DNA of 64,000 bases from Candidatus Omnitrophota bacterium (lineage in GTDB: Bacteria > Omnitrophota > Gorgyraeia > Gygaellales > Profunditerraquicolaceae): assembly GCA_043823435.1 (NCBI GenBank), contig JBDRAV010000003.1, positions 96,366 to 160,365 on the forward strand, given 5' to 3'. Made by a program: the position numbers and the translations under genes. The notes beneath the pieces are model-generated. The model did no database searches. It saw only the letters and a list, made by a program, of their open reading frames with translations, and was not told the DNA's origin. Below, piece by piece: positions 52,166 through 61,527 of this stretch (within the stretch, counting starts at the first letter, position 1; each line of letters begins with the position of its first letter).

Positions 52166-52247
52166 TTGACATGGTCTGGCCATTCTGTATTTGTAGGAGA
52201 TGACCAGTATCTATCACTATTTTTATTTCCTTATTTTTGGAAGTAAG

Positions 52248-52673
52248 TTAAAAGCTGGCTGTATCCCCTATTTTAATCTGGTGTTTTCTGATAAATCCTG
52301 CGTTGACTTCTAAGATAAACTTCGCGTTAGCTTGCGAATATATGCTCTTACATATATCTTTACAGGGCAGGGCGGATTCGTAGATACCGGCTATTATATG
52401 GTTACGGTCAATCCAGATTATATCTAAAGGAAACCTCATATTCTTCATCCAGAATCCGTGCCTGCCTTCCTCTTCATACACAAAAATCATACCCTGATTT
52501 ACCGCTAAGCTCTTCCTGAACATCAGGCCTTTCTGCCTCTTATCAACCGAATCAGCTACCTCTGCCATAACGCAGGAATTATTAATGCAGACTCTCTTGG
52601 TAATTGCATTTTTCCCGCAGCCTGAAAGCGTGATAATAAATAATAGTATAGGAATAAAAATGCGGAATTTCAA
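52248..52673 (-). CDS. DUF192 family protein (lipoprotein-like)
   Basis: 141 aa. LSGC lipobox and DUF192-like GLMFR...[14 protein letters not shown]. Confidence 0.7.
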   Translation of the reverse strand: MKFRIFIPILLFIITLSGCGKNAITKRVCINNSCVMAEVADSVDKRQKGLMFRKSLAVNQGMIFVYEEEGRHGFWMKNMRFPLDIIWIDRNHIIAGIYESALPCKDICKSIYSQANAKFILEVNAGFIRKHQIKIGDTASF

Positions 52674-53617
52674 AATGGATTATTTCCTTCTTTATGTTTA
52701 AGGTAATCCGAAAGGATTTTTTTGTGGTCAAAGGCGAAGGTAAGACTCGGGATCTCCTCTAATTTTACTACTTTCAGGCCCTTGGCATCGTCGCCGGCTT
52801 TGGGTTCTCCTTTGCCTTTGGCGGTGAAGACGGTTGCGATAGTATGAAACCTGGGGTCGCGGCCGGGTTCGGAGTAGGTGTGAAACTGCTTTAAGTCCTC
52901 TAATTCCAGGTCTGTCTCCTCCTTCATCTCCCTCTTCACCGCATCCTCTAGGCTTTCGTTGTAATCTACAAAACCGCCGGGGAGGGCATAGCCAAAAGGA
53001 GGGTTACTCCTTTCGATCAGGACAATACCGCCTTCAATCTCTATAATTGCATCAACAGTAGTGAAGGGTCCGTTTTGCAGTTTATGGATAATATATTCCA
53101 GATAGCTGATGACGCCTTTATTAAAAACATCGAATGCCTCCTTAGCGTAAAGGCAGAAGATGATCTCCTTTAATTGCGAGCCATCCTCTTTGATGTGACG
53201 GAAGGCCTCCTGCGACATAATCTTGGCAGAGGCCAAAAGCGGAAAGCCTCCTGTGCCGCAGCCTAAGGCAGGAAAGGCTATAGATTTTACCTTTAATTCT
53301 TCGGCTATTCTCAGGGCGCTTTTACAGGACTCCCTGATCTTGGTTTCATCGGTCTCAAAGTCCATTCCCATAGTCGCGGCGTGGATAACGTATTTTGCGG
53401 CTAAGGAGCCGGCTTTGGTTGAAACCGATTCCCCTATTTTTACAGGGCCCTTTTTGACTGCTTCGTCTTCTATTGCCTTGCCGCCCTTCTTCTTTATGGC
53501 TCCAGCAACCCCGCCTCCCATTACTAACTTGTTATTGGCGGCGTTAACAATGGCATCAACTTTGAGTTCCGTGATATCAGCTTTTATGATTTTTATCTCT
53601 GTATCGTTAATAAACAT
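52670..53617 (-). CDS. Macro domain - NUDIX hydrolase fusion
   Basis: 315 aa. N-terminal macro domain ([21 protein letters not shown]). C-terminal Nudix box ([24 protein letters not shown]). Confidence 0.8.
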   Translation of the reverse strand: MFINDTEIKIIKADITELKVDAIVNAANNKLVMGGGVAGAIKKKGGKAIEDEAVKKGPVKIGESVSTKAGSLAAKYVIHAATMGMDFETDETKIRESCKSALRIAEELKVKSIAFPALGCGTGGFPLLASAKIMSQEAFRHIKEDGSQLKEIIFCLYAKEAFDVFNKGVISYLEYIIHKLQNGPFTTVDAIIEIEGGIVLIERSNPPFGYALPGGFVDYNESLEDAVKREMKEETDLELEDLKQFHTYSEPGRDPRFHTIATVFTAKGKGEPKAGDDAKGLKVVKLEEIPSLTFAFDHKKILSDYLKHKEGNNPF

Positions 53618-53993
53618 TATCCGCTCCTTTTGCTTTTCTGAACTTAAGTGTAATAAAGAAGATGATGATGCCTAGAGTATCAAACGCAAGGTCGCGGGAA
53701 CTGCAGGACCTGCCGAAGACGTAAAGCTGATGGATCTCATCCGAAACTGCATAGAGGAAAGAGGCAGTAAAAGAGATGGCGAACAGATAAAATGGGGTTA
53801 GTTTACTAAATGTATCTTTTAAGGCGCGGTATAAGAGGGCGACAAGGACAAAATATTCGCTGATATGGGCGAGCTTCCTCAGGATAAGGTCATAGACCCC
53901 CCATCCTGTGCTTAATTGTTCAATACTCGACATAAAGTAGACTAATCCTGCCCAGATAAAGACCGGAAGCCATAATTTAGTCAATTTCATCAT
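53607..53993 (-). CDS. VanZ-like membrane protein
   Basis: 128 aa. Four TM helices and an SDEIHQ motif. Confidence 0.6.
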   Translation of the reverse strand: MMKLTKLWLPVFIWAGLVYFMSSIEQLSTGWGVYDLILRKLAHISEYFVLVALLYRALKDTFSKLTPFYLFAISFTASFLYAVSDEIHQLYVFGRSCSSRDLAFDTLGIIIFFITLKFRKAKGADNVY

Positions 53994-54640
53994 TAGCGCG
54001 ACCTCCTTACGCCTGCTCTCTTACAGATAGTATTTACATAACACCTGCTGCAAAAGGGTGAAACCGGTAAACATAAATTCTGGCCGAAGGAAACCAGCAC
54101 TGTATTTAACCTTATCCAGTAATTCTTCGGGATAATCTTTCCAAGCGCCTCTTCGGTAGTGTGCGGATCCTTGGCCTTTACCCATCCGAGGCGGTTTGAT
54201 ATCCTGTGCACGTGGGTATCTACACAGATAGCCGGGATATTATAACCCAATCCTAAAACCAGGTTTGCGGTCTTTCTGCCCACGCCCTTAAGACTGAGTA
54301 AATCCTCTATATTATCGGGGACGCGGCCCTTAAAATCATCTAAAATCTTTTTACTTATACCCAGGATAGCTTTTGCTTTATTGCGGTAAAAGCCTACGGG
54401 ATAAATCAGTTTTTGGATACGCAGAGCGGATAACTTAAGCATCTTTAAAGGGGTGGCTGCTACCTTAAATAACCTATTGCTTGCTTCGGCTGTGGTCTTG
54501 TCCTTTGTCCTTAAGCTCAAGATGCAGGATATTAAAACGCGGAAGGGATCCTTCTTCTTTGATTCTATAGTGACCCACGGGATATCAAAACTCTTTACCT
54601 GTTTTTCTATCAGATTTACGACCTTTATGATTTTATTCAC
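53993..54640 (-). CDS. nth: endonuclease III
   Basis: 215 aa. HhH-GPD (LKGVGRKTANLVL) and a C-terminal 4Fe-4S Cys cluster. Confidence 0.9.
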   Translation of the reverse strand: MNKIIKVVNLIEKQVKSFDIPWVTIESKKKDPFRVLISCILSLRTKDKTTAEASNRLFKVAATPLKMLKLSALRIQKLIYPVGFYRNKAKAILGISKKILDDFKGRVPDNIEDLLSLKGVGRKTANLVLGLGYNIPAICVDTHVHRISNRLGWVKAKDPHTTEEALGKIIPKNYWIRLNTVLVSFGQNLCLPVSPFCSRCYVNTICKRAGVRRSR

Positions 54641-55133
54641 TAATCTCTAAATTCTTCAAGGACTTGCGGCAGCCTTCAGTGATCTCTTCCTCAGGATACC
54701 CCAGGGTAACAACTGCCATCACCTCCAGGTCCTTATCCAATTTCAGGTATTTAGCGACCCCCTCCTTATTATTCAATATCTCGCCGAGCCAGCAGGTACC
54801 TAAGCCCAATGCGTATGCCTCTAAACAGATATTCTGAATGGAAGCACCTATAGCCATCAGGTCCTTATCGCGGTTGTAGGAATCGGCAATATCCATACAG
54901 ACCGCGATCACTATGGGTGCGCCTTTAATTACTTTAGCGTATTTTGTAAATGCGGCCAGGCCCTCCTTCTTCGCCTTATCCTTGACTACTAAAAACCTCC
55001 AGGGCTGGTTGTTCAGGCCAGAAGGGGCCCATCTGGCTGCCTCAAGGATCTTTTCAATATCCGTATCCTTTGGCATATCATTCTTATATTCTCTTATAGA
55101 GCGTCTCTGACGGATAATATCTAATGTGTCCAT
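54633..55133 (-). CDS. nitroreductase family protein
   Basis: 166 aa. RRSIREY N-terminal motif and the APSGLNNQPW motif. Confidence 0.8.
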   Translation of the reverse strand: MDTLDIIRQRRSIREYKNDMPKDTDIEKILEAARWAPSGLNNQPWRFLVVKDKAKKEGLAAFTKYAKVIKGAPIVIAVCMDIADSYNRDKDLMAIGASIQNICLEAYALGLGTCWLGEILNNKEGVAKYLKLDKDLEVMAVVTLGYPEEEITEGCRKSLKNLEISE

Positions 55134-55136
55134 CTG

Positions 55137-56585
55137 TTATTTAATAAATTTTGCGGCTACTTTCAGGGCTTCCTGCTTTGTTTTGATCTTACCGATCGCC
55201 TGCAGCTCTTCTACCTCACGCAATATCTTCCCGATTAAAGGTGACGGTTCCAATTTGAATTTCTTGATGATATCGTCCCCGTTTATCAGGCGCGCGGGTT
55301 TCTTATCCTTCTGTTTCTTGAAATATTTTTTAATAAGCCCCTGGCATACCCGTTCATGCTGCACGCGCGATTTATTAGTAGTCAGACGGCCTTTGGTGGC
55401 GCGCTGATCAGCAAGAGATATTATCAGTGTGCTAACAGTTTCTTTATTGGCGTCGCGGAAGTACCTGAATATGGCGCGGGGAGTGGGCTCCTCGCTATCT
55501 CCAAGGTATCCGGGACGAAGGTGCCATAAGACCATCTTGCCCAAAGAATCCAATTCGTCATTGGAGAGTTTCAGGCGCTCTACTATATATTTAGTGATAT
55601 TCAACCCTACCCTCTCGTGGCCGTGGAATATCAGTTTTCTCCCCTCGCGGCGTAATGCCTTGGGCTTACCGATATCATGCAGGAGTGCCCCTAATTTCAT
55701 TAATGCGCGGCGGGTGCGGGTAGGGGAGATCACCTCATCCAGATAGATATTCACTTCGCGGTTATTCTTCATCTCTTTGAAGATTATCTCCAGTTGCCTT
55801 AAGCTCTCTAATGTGTGGCGCCAGATATCCAAATGGTGATAGGGGCCCTGGTTCATCCCGCGCATCGGCTCTATCTCAGGGATGATTATCTTTAATATCT
55901 TGAGTTTATCTAACTCCTGGAGGTATTTGAAGGAGCCGGGCATCTGCATGATCTTGAATAGTTCATCGCGGATGCGCTCGAAGGATACCGTGGATAGTTT
56001 TTTTGCCTTGGATTTTACTGCCTTGAGGGTATCTTTATCTATTTTGAATCCGAAGGTGATCGCCAAACTGAAAGCGCGCAGTATCCGAAGCGGATCCTCG
56101 TCAAACGCCTTATTATTGACCATACTGACGAGCTTCTTCTTTAAGTCGCGCCTCCCGCCGTAGGGGTCAATAATATTATCTTCTATATCTTTGGTTAAAA
56201 ATATCTTGTCTGCTTCTATGGCGATGGCGTTGATGGTGAAATCGCGGTGCAGGAGGTCGTCTTCAAGGGTTTTCCCGCGGAAATCTGTAAAATCAAGGGT
56301 ATACATCTTATCGCCGAGCTTTTTTACCACGCGGCTGCATCCATGCTCCCTGTCCAGGACTACGAAACCACACTTTAACTTTCTCGCAACCTCTCTTCCG
56401 AAGCTTATCGCGCTTTTTTGTAGTGAGAAATCTATATCGGGGTTATCCTTTTCACGGCCCAAGAGGATATCGCGCAGATACCCTCCCACAAGATAGAGTT
56501 TTATCTTCTTCCTTTTGGCGACCTTAAGGGCTGCCTCGATAAGGTTCCTGTCGTTTAACTTTACGGCGGGTTTACGGGGTTTCAT
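55137..56585 (-). CDS. cca: CCA-adding tRNA nucleotidyltransferase / poly(A) polymerase family with HD domain
   Basis: 482 aa. GGYLRD...DIDF nucleotidyltransferase motif, RDFTINA, and an HD region (LLHDIGK). Confidence 0.85.
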   Translation of the reverse strand: MKPRKPAVKLNDRNLIEAALKVAKRKKIKLYLVGGYLRDILLGREKDNPDIDFSLQKSAISFGREVARKLKCGFVVLDREHGCSRVVKKLGDKMYTLDFTDFRGKTLEDDLLHRDFTINAIAIEADKIFLTKDIEDNIIDPYGGRRDLKKKLVSMVNNKAFDEDPLRILRAFSLAITFGFKIDKDTLKAVKSKAKKLSTVSFERIRDELFKIMQMPGSFKYLQELDKLKILKIIIPEIEPMRGMNQGPYHHLDIWRHTLESLRQLEIIFKEMKNNREVNIYLDEVISPTRTRRALMKLGALLHDIGKPKALRREGRKLIFHGHERVGLNITKYIVERLKLSNDELDSLGKMVLWHLRPGYLGDSEEPTPRAIFRYFRDANKETVSTLIISLADQRATKGRLTTNKSRVQHERVCQGLIKKYFKKQKDKKPARLINGDDIIKKFKLEPSPLIGKILREVEELQAIGKIKTKQEALKVAAKFIK

Positions 56586-56601
56586 AATGGCGGGAGGACG
56601 C

Positions 56602-57018
56602 CTATTCTATTGGTTTCTTGTTAAAGACTTCCGACTCTTTTACTACTTCGTCTTCCACAAAGATGGGCGCGTGCGCCCTGACTGCCAGGGCGATACTGTC
56701 CGAAGGCCTGGCATCAATTATCTTGGTATCGCCGGAACTCCTCTTTAAGACGATCTTGGCGTGAAAGGTACTCTCTTCTAATTTATCGATAATAACTTTA
56801 TCTATGCTCGCTTCTAAATTCTCAATGGTAGACTGCAGCAGGTCATGGGTCAGTGGCCGCGGGGGTTGGAATCCGCTAATCTTCAGTTTTATGGCAGAGG
56901 CCTCGGGGAGCCCGATGACTATAGGAAGGACTCTCTCTCCGCCTTTTTCTTTAAGGACGATCAACTGGTCATGCCTTTTCTCGTCTATAACTATCTTGTT
57001 TAATTCCATTTCTACCAT
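56602..57018 (-). CDS. bifunctional nuclease (DUF151/BFN) family protein
   Basis: 138 aa. LPIVIGLPEASAI...RPLTHDL motif. Confidence 0.75.
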   Translation of the reverse strand: MVEMELNKIVIDEKRHDQLIVLKEKGGERVLPIVIGLPEASAIKLKISGFQPPRPLTHDLLQSTIENLEASIDKVIIDKLEESTFHAKIVLKRSSGDTKIIDARPSDSIALAVRAHAPIFVEDEVVKESEVFNKKPIE

Positions 57019-57044
57019 TGGATAATCTCCTCGTGGTTAATGAT

Positions 57045-57524
57045 TTATCTTGTGCTTTTACGCTGCGGTTTCTCCTTATTTAATATATCCTTTAATTCCA
57101 CCATGAACTGGCCGACATCCTTGAACTGCCTGTACACCGAGGCGAACCTCACATAAGCAACGTCATCCAGCACCTTTAACTTCTCCATCACCAACTCCCC
57201 GATGCGGGAGGCCTGGACCTCACGGTCGGATTTCTTCTGGATGGCGCGCTCTATCTGCACAAGCATATCCTCCATCTTCTCCATGCTGATCGGCCTCTTT
57301 TCGCAGGCCCGGATAATACCGGAGAGTATCTTCTTGCGGTCAAATGGCTCGCGCCGATTATCCTTCTTTATCACCAGGAGGGATACCTCCTCTATATATT
57401 CATACGTGGTAAAGCGCTTGCCGCACTTTAAGCATTCGCGCCTCCTCCTGATCGCCGATTCCTCGGCGGTCCCGCGCGAATCCACTACCTTATCCTCTTT
57501 ATAACCGCAGTAAGGGCACTTCAT
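57045..57524 (-). CDS. nrdR: transcriptional repressor NrdR
   Basis: MKCPYCG zinc ribbon plus ATP-cone. ATG 57524 is preferred. The ORF-track extension to 57587 runs through the repeat array. Confidence 0.9.
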   Translation of the reverse strand: MKCPYCGYKEDKVVDSRGTAEESAIRRRRECLKCGKRFTTYEYIEEVSLLVIKKDNRREPFDRKKILSGIIRACEKRPISMEKMEDMLVQIERAIQKKSDREVQASRIGELVMEKLKVLDDVAYVRFASVYRQFKDVGQFMVELKDILNKEKPQRKSTR

Positions 57525-57537
57525 CAGTTTTAATATT

Positions 57538-57617
57538 GCACCTGGTGCGAAACCAATCTCGTACCTGTCCTGTTTTTGTGCTGGCACCTGGTGCGCGATT
57601 GCATTTGCACCTGGTGC
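57538..57617. repeat. 23-nt-periodic array, 4 units, core GCACCTGGTGC
   Basis: Unit starts at 57538, 57561, 57584 and 57607. Cores read gcacctggtgc / gtacctgtcct / gcacctggtgc / gcacctggtgc. Confidence 0.85.
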
Positions 57618-58081
57618 TATTTTATTCTTCTTACCTTTATCTTCGCTTCCTTTAAGAATTCCTGCGCTAATTTATCCGGATAGTATCCTACGGTGACTAT
57701 CTCTTTAACGCCGCCGTTAATGAGCATCTTGGCGCAGATAATACAGGGCTGATTGGTAATGTAAAGAACGCTCTCTTTCGTGCTTACCCCGTGGAGCGCC
57801 GCCTGAAGCAATACATTCTGCTCCGCGTGCAGGCCGCGGCAGAGCTCATGGCGCTCTCCGGAGGGAATCTTCATCTTTTCTCTCAGGCAGCCGATATCAA
57901 TGCAGTGCCTGATACCCGAAGGCGCTCCGTTATAACCTGTAGCTAATATCTTCTTCTCCTTTACCAGGACAGCGCCTACCTTGCGCCGAAGGCAGGTCGC
58001 CCTCTTAGAGACTAAAAAAGCTACCTCTAAGAAATATTCATCCCAGCTTGGGCGTTTATAAGCATTCTGCTTCTTTTTCAT
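57617..58081 (-). CDS. comEB: dCMP deaminase (ComEB-type)
   Basis: 154 aa. HAEQN and PCIICAK zinc motifs. Confidence 0.9.
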   Translation of the reverse strand: MKKKQNAYKRPSWDEYFLEVAFLVSKRATCLRRKVGAVLVKEKKILATGYNGAPSGIRHCIDIGCLREKMKIPSGERHELCRGLHAEQNVLLQAALHGVSTKESVLYITNQPCIICAKMLINGGVKEIVTVGYYPDKLAQEFLKEAKIKVRRIK

Positions 58082-59331
58082 CTTTCTTTTAAAAGTTCGG
58101 GATACAGCGCAAACCTTCTGGTTAAAGTCAAGACTTTACCCTTTATCTCCTTTAATTTCTTCGGGTCATCGCTTCCTTCAAGAGCTTCATCTATAAATTG
58201 CGCGATCTGGCGCATATGGAACTCTTTCATCCCTCGCGTAGTGACTGCCGCTGTCCCCAGCCGTATGCCGCTGGTAATAGCAGGACCCTTCCTGTCAAAT
58301 GGGATAAGGTTCTTATTCACGGTAACCCCTACCTTCTCCAGGACTGCCGAGGCGTCAGCTCCGGTAAGGCCTTTTTGAGTCAGATCCACTAGCATCAGGT
58401 GTGTGTCCGTGCCTCCGGAAACAATACGGAAACCCTTATGCGATAATGCCCGGGCAAGTTCGCGCGAATTCTTTACCACCTGCCTCTCGTATTTCCTGAA
58501 TTTCACGCTCATTGCCTCGCGGAAGGCAATGGCTTTGGCAGCGATAGTATGCATTAAAGGCCCACCCTGTATACCGGGGAATATTTCGGCATCAATCTTC
58601 CTGGCGAATTGCTTCTTACAGATAACAAATCCTCCGCGCGGCCCTCGCAGGGTCTTATGGGTAGTAGAGCTGACGAAGTGGGCATAAGGAACAGGCGAAG
58701 GATGCACCCCTGCCGCTACTAATCCAGCGATATGCGCCATATCCACAAAAAGATAAGCGCCCACCTTATCGCAGATCTTGCGGAACTCTTTAAAATCTAT
58801 CTTTCTCGAATAAGCAGAAGCACCTGCCAGAATCATCTTTGGCTTGTGCTTCTTTGCCAGGCGTAAAATATCGGCGTAATCAAGCATTTCGCTTTTCTTA
58901 TCTAGCCCGTAAGTTACTATATTAAAGAACATGCCGGAAAAATTATGGGGGTGGCCGTGGGTTAGGTGGCCGCCGCAGGCAAGGTCCATGGCCAGGACCG
59001 TATCCTTTGGTTTTAATGCCGAAAAATATACCGCCATATTTGCCTGTGAGCCCGAGTGCGCCTGGACGTTTACGTGTTCAGCCCCGAACAGTTCCTTCGC
59101 GCGTTCAACAGCTAACCTCTCGGCTTCATCAACGTATTCGCATCCGCCGTACCAGCGCGCGTCAGGATAACCCTCAGCGTATTTATTAGTCATTACAGAC
59201 CCCTGCGCCTCTAATACTGCCAGGGAAGTAAAATTCTCGGAAGCAATCAATTCAAGGTTCTCTTTCTGCCTTTTGATCTCATTCATTATAGCGGCATAGA
59301 TTTGGGGATCAATATTCTTTACGTGCTTCAT
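58078..59331 (-). CDS. glyA: serine hydroxymethyltransferase
   Basis: 417 aa. SHMT family with [12 protein letters not shown] (PLP lysine). Confidence 0.97.
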   Translation of the reverse strand: MKHVKNIDPQIYAAIMNEIKRQKENLELIASENFTSLAVLEAQGSVMTNKYAEGYPDARWYGGCEYVDEAERLAVERAKELFGAEHVNVQAHSGSQANMAVYFSALKPKDTVLAMDLACGGHLTHGHPHNFSGMFFNIVTYGLDKKSEMLDYADILRLAKKHKPKMILAGASAYSRKIDFKEFRKICDKVGAYLFVDMAHIAGLVAAGVHPSPVPYAHFVSSTTHKTLRGPRGGFVICKKQFARKIDAEIFPGIQGGPLMHTIAAKAIAFREAMSVKFRKYERQVVKNSRELARALSHKGFRIVSGGTDTHLMLVDLTQKGLTGADASAVLEKVGVTVNKNLIPFDRKGPAITSGIRLGTAAVTTRGMKEFHMRQIAQFIDEALEGSDDPKKLKEIKGKVLTLTRRFALYPELLKER

Positions 59332-59789
59332 ATCTTCCTGCTCCTTAGATTTCTTTCGAGTTTCTTTAAGAATTTAAGGCGCCTCTGGTGCCTGCCACCC
59401 TGAAATTTAGCGCTCAACCAGGTATTTAATATCCTTTTGGCTAAACCCTTATTCACAAAAAGAGAGCCCAAGACTAAAATATTACTGTTATTATGTTCGC
59501 GGGAGAGCCTGGCTGCCTTTAGGTTATAACATGGTGCCGCGCGTACTCCGGGTAACCGGTTTGCCACAATGGTATTGCCTATACCGCTCTTACAGATAAG
59601 TATCCCTTGCCTGTAGCGTCCGGAGGCGACTTCTCTGGCGAGATTATAAGCGATCAGGGGATAATCACAGCTATCAACAGAGTAAGTCCCCATATCCTTT
59701 ATATTAAAACCCTTCTTTTCCAAAAAGCGCTTTAATTCCTCTTTTAAGGCGAAGCCTCCGTGATCAGAGCCGATAACTATCCTTTTCAT
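59328..59789 (-). CDS. rpiB: ribose-5-phosphate isomerase B
   Basis: 153 aa. RpiB/LacAB family (GSDHGG, CKSGIG). Confidence 0.9.
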   Translation of the reverse strand: MKRIVIGSDHGGFALKEELKRFLEKKGFNIKDMGTYSVDSCDYPLIAYNLAREVASGRYRQGILICKSGIGNTIVANRLPGVRAAPCYNLKAARLSREHNNSNILVLGSLFVNKGLAKRILNTWLSAKFQGGRHQRRLKFLKKLERNLRSRKI

Positions 59790-60874
59790 ATCAAGTTGCT
59801 TATCCTTTCTACTGCTTCTTTTATTATACCCATTGTTTCGGCGTAAAAATCAAACGGTCTGCCAATAGGATCAGCGATACCCAAATCATTATCATTCATT
59901 TTAGCAAATTCTTTCAATAAAAACAGCCTATTTTTTGCCTCCGGCACCATCTCCACGATCCTCTTCTCATGCAGCCTCTCCATGACCAGTATAATATCAG
60001 ACCTCTTCAACATCTCCCTGGTCACCATTTGCGAGCGATGCGCTGATGAATCTATCCCTTCATTCGCCAGGAGCCCCTTCACTTCTTCGGACGCCTTAAG
60101 ACCCTTCAGCATCATTATGCCCGCTGAAAGGACTTCTACATCATTGCGATTTTTATCCTCCAGCGCCTTTTCCAAAAGGAATTTTGCCATCACCGAACGG
60201 CAGGAATTGCCTGTGCATATAAAAATAACCGTCTTCTTTTTGAGTGCCGCTTCGATATCTTCTTTTTTTATGGCGCCTTCCCTTAATACGCGCACCGGCT
60301 CAACAGCGAGGTCTACTATCGTTGACTCCGCCCCCAGCGTGGTCCTGCCGGCGTCTATGGCAAAGTCAACCAGCCCGTCTAAATCTTTTATGGCATCTTG
60401 AAAATCCGCGGGAGCGGGCTTACCGGACAGATTCGCGGAAGGGCAGACTACCGGGACTGCGGATAGGGCGATTACCTTTAAGGCGAAATTATTGTCGGGT
60501 ATGCGCATGCCGATAGTGTCTGTATTGTTACCCCCGGTATCGACATTATGCCTAGATTTAAATATCAGCGTCAAGGGTCCGGGCCAGAATTTATTCATGA
60601 GTTTATATGCTAAGACAGGGATACCCCAGGCATAGCATTCTACCTTCTCTTTCTCGTATATATGCAGGGAGAAGGATTTATTCTTTGGCCGCTCCTTGAT
60701 CCTGGATAACCTCTCCATTGCCCTGGCATTCTGTGCGTTAGCGGCTATGCCGTAGACTGTTTCGGTAGGTATGATCACCAGCCCGCCTTTGGCTAAAATG
60801 TCCGCTGCTTCCTTCAAGTAGCTTTCCTTCTTATGGGTCGAAGAATCTATCTTTACTATCTTGGTAGAAATCAT
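59786..60874 (-). CDS. tsaC: L-threonylcarbamoyladenylate synthase (YrdC/TsaC domain) fused to low-molecular-weight phosphotyrosine phosphatase
   Basis: 362 aa. YrdC domain (IIPTETVYGIAANA), then an LMW-PTP P-loop (CTGNSCRS) from about aa 215. Confidence 0.85.
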   Translation of the reverse strand: MISTKIVKIDSSTHKKESYLKEAADILAKGGLVIIPTETVYGIAANAQNARAMERLSRIKERPKNKSFSLHIYEKEKVECYAWGIPVLAYKLMNKFWPGPLTLIFKSRHNVDTGGNNTDTIGMRIPDNNFALKVIALSAVPVVCPSANLSGKPAPADFQDAIKDLDGLVDFAIDAGRTTLGAESTIVDLAVEPVRVLREGAIKKEDIEAALKKKTVIFICTGNSCRSVMAKFLLEKALEDKNRNDVEVLSAGIMMLKGLKASEEVKGLLANEGIDSSAHRSQMVTREMLKRSDIILVMERLHEKRIVEMVPEAKNRLFLLKEFAKMNDNDLGIADPIGRPFDFYAETMGIIKEAVERISNLI

Positions 60875-61356
60875 ATTTTAATCTTTGTCTTGCTGATTTT
60901 AATACGCATCCTGTTCCTGTATGCAGCGAGCATTGAATTTATCTTCTTATTGTTTGTCCCCAGGATCTCCAGGGCGAAGAGCGCGGCATTCTTTGCCCCT
61001 GCCTTGCCTATGCTCATTGAAGCAACAGGTATACCTGCGGGCATCTGGACGGTGGATAATAATGAGTCCATCCCTTTGAGGCTCTTTGTCTCAATGGGGA
61101 TGCCGATAACCGGAAGTGTCGTATGCGATGCGATAACCCCTGCAAGCGCTGCAGCTCCGCCGGCAGCAGCTATAAAAACTTTTATCCCTTTTTTAGGCGC
61201 CTCTTCCAGGTACTTTGCCAATTCCTTGGGGCTGCGGTGCGCGGATAAAACCTTTACGTCAAAACCGACTCTAAATTCCTTTAGTATTCCTATCGCTTCC
61301 TTGAGTGTATCTAAATCCGACTGGCTCCCCATAATAATACTTATAACCTTCCCCAT
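60871..61356 (-). CDS. purE: N5-carboxyaminoimidazole ribonucleotide mutase
   Basis: 161 aa. PurE family (IMGSQSD, SAHRSP). AAGGAGG SD. Confidence 0.95.
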   Translation of the reverse strand: MGKVISIIMGSQSDLDTLKEAIGILKEFRVGFDVKVLSAHRSPKELAKYLEEAPKKGIKVFIAAAGGAAALAGVIASHTTLPVIGIPIETKSLKGMDSLLSTVQMPAGIPVASMSIGKAGAKNAALFALEILGTNNKKINSMLAAYRNRMRIKISKTKIKI

Positions 61357-61372
61357 AACCCCCTCCTTAATT

Positions 61373-61517
61373 AGAGACGTTTTCCAACCTAATCCAGAGA
61401 CGTTTTCCGAGCTAATCGGGAACCTGTCCCCTATAAGGAACGGGTTCCGCTTTGGACCAGAAGACGTCTCCGCTTTGAGCTGGTAGACGTCTTTGCTTTG
61501 GGGCGGAAAGCGTCTCT
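61373..61517. repeat. two-armed 23-nt-periodic GAGACG/CGTCTC array (about 145 nt)
   Basis: Left-arm units at 61373 and 61396 (agagacgttttcc...). Central GGAACC/GGTTCC hairpin at 61419-61448. Right-arm CGTCT units at 61465, 61488 and 61511. Confidence 0.85.
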
Positions 61518-61527
61518 GTTTTATTGT

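Noticed and set aside
48370-53617. A helicase + nuclease + Macro-NUDIX neighbourhood considered as a possible anti-phage defence island.
   Set aside because: The nuclease has a signal peptide (secreted SNase type). The helicase has housekeeping Ski2/DSHCT features. The genes are on different strands and in different operons. No ATPase/nuclease pairings typical of known systems are present, and the flanks are core metabolism genes.
57538-57617. CRISPR interpretation of the repeat-plus-variable-spacer arrays (also 48311-48367 and 30255-30334).
   Set aside because: The repeats are 11 nt and the spacers 12 nt, far below CRISPR dimensions. Each array has only 3-4 units. No cas genes are in the window. 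Part of one spacer (caatctc) recurs at another locus.
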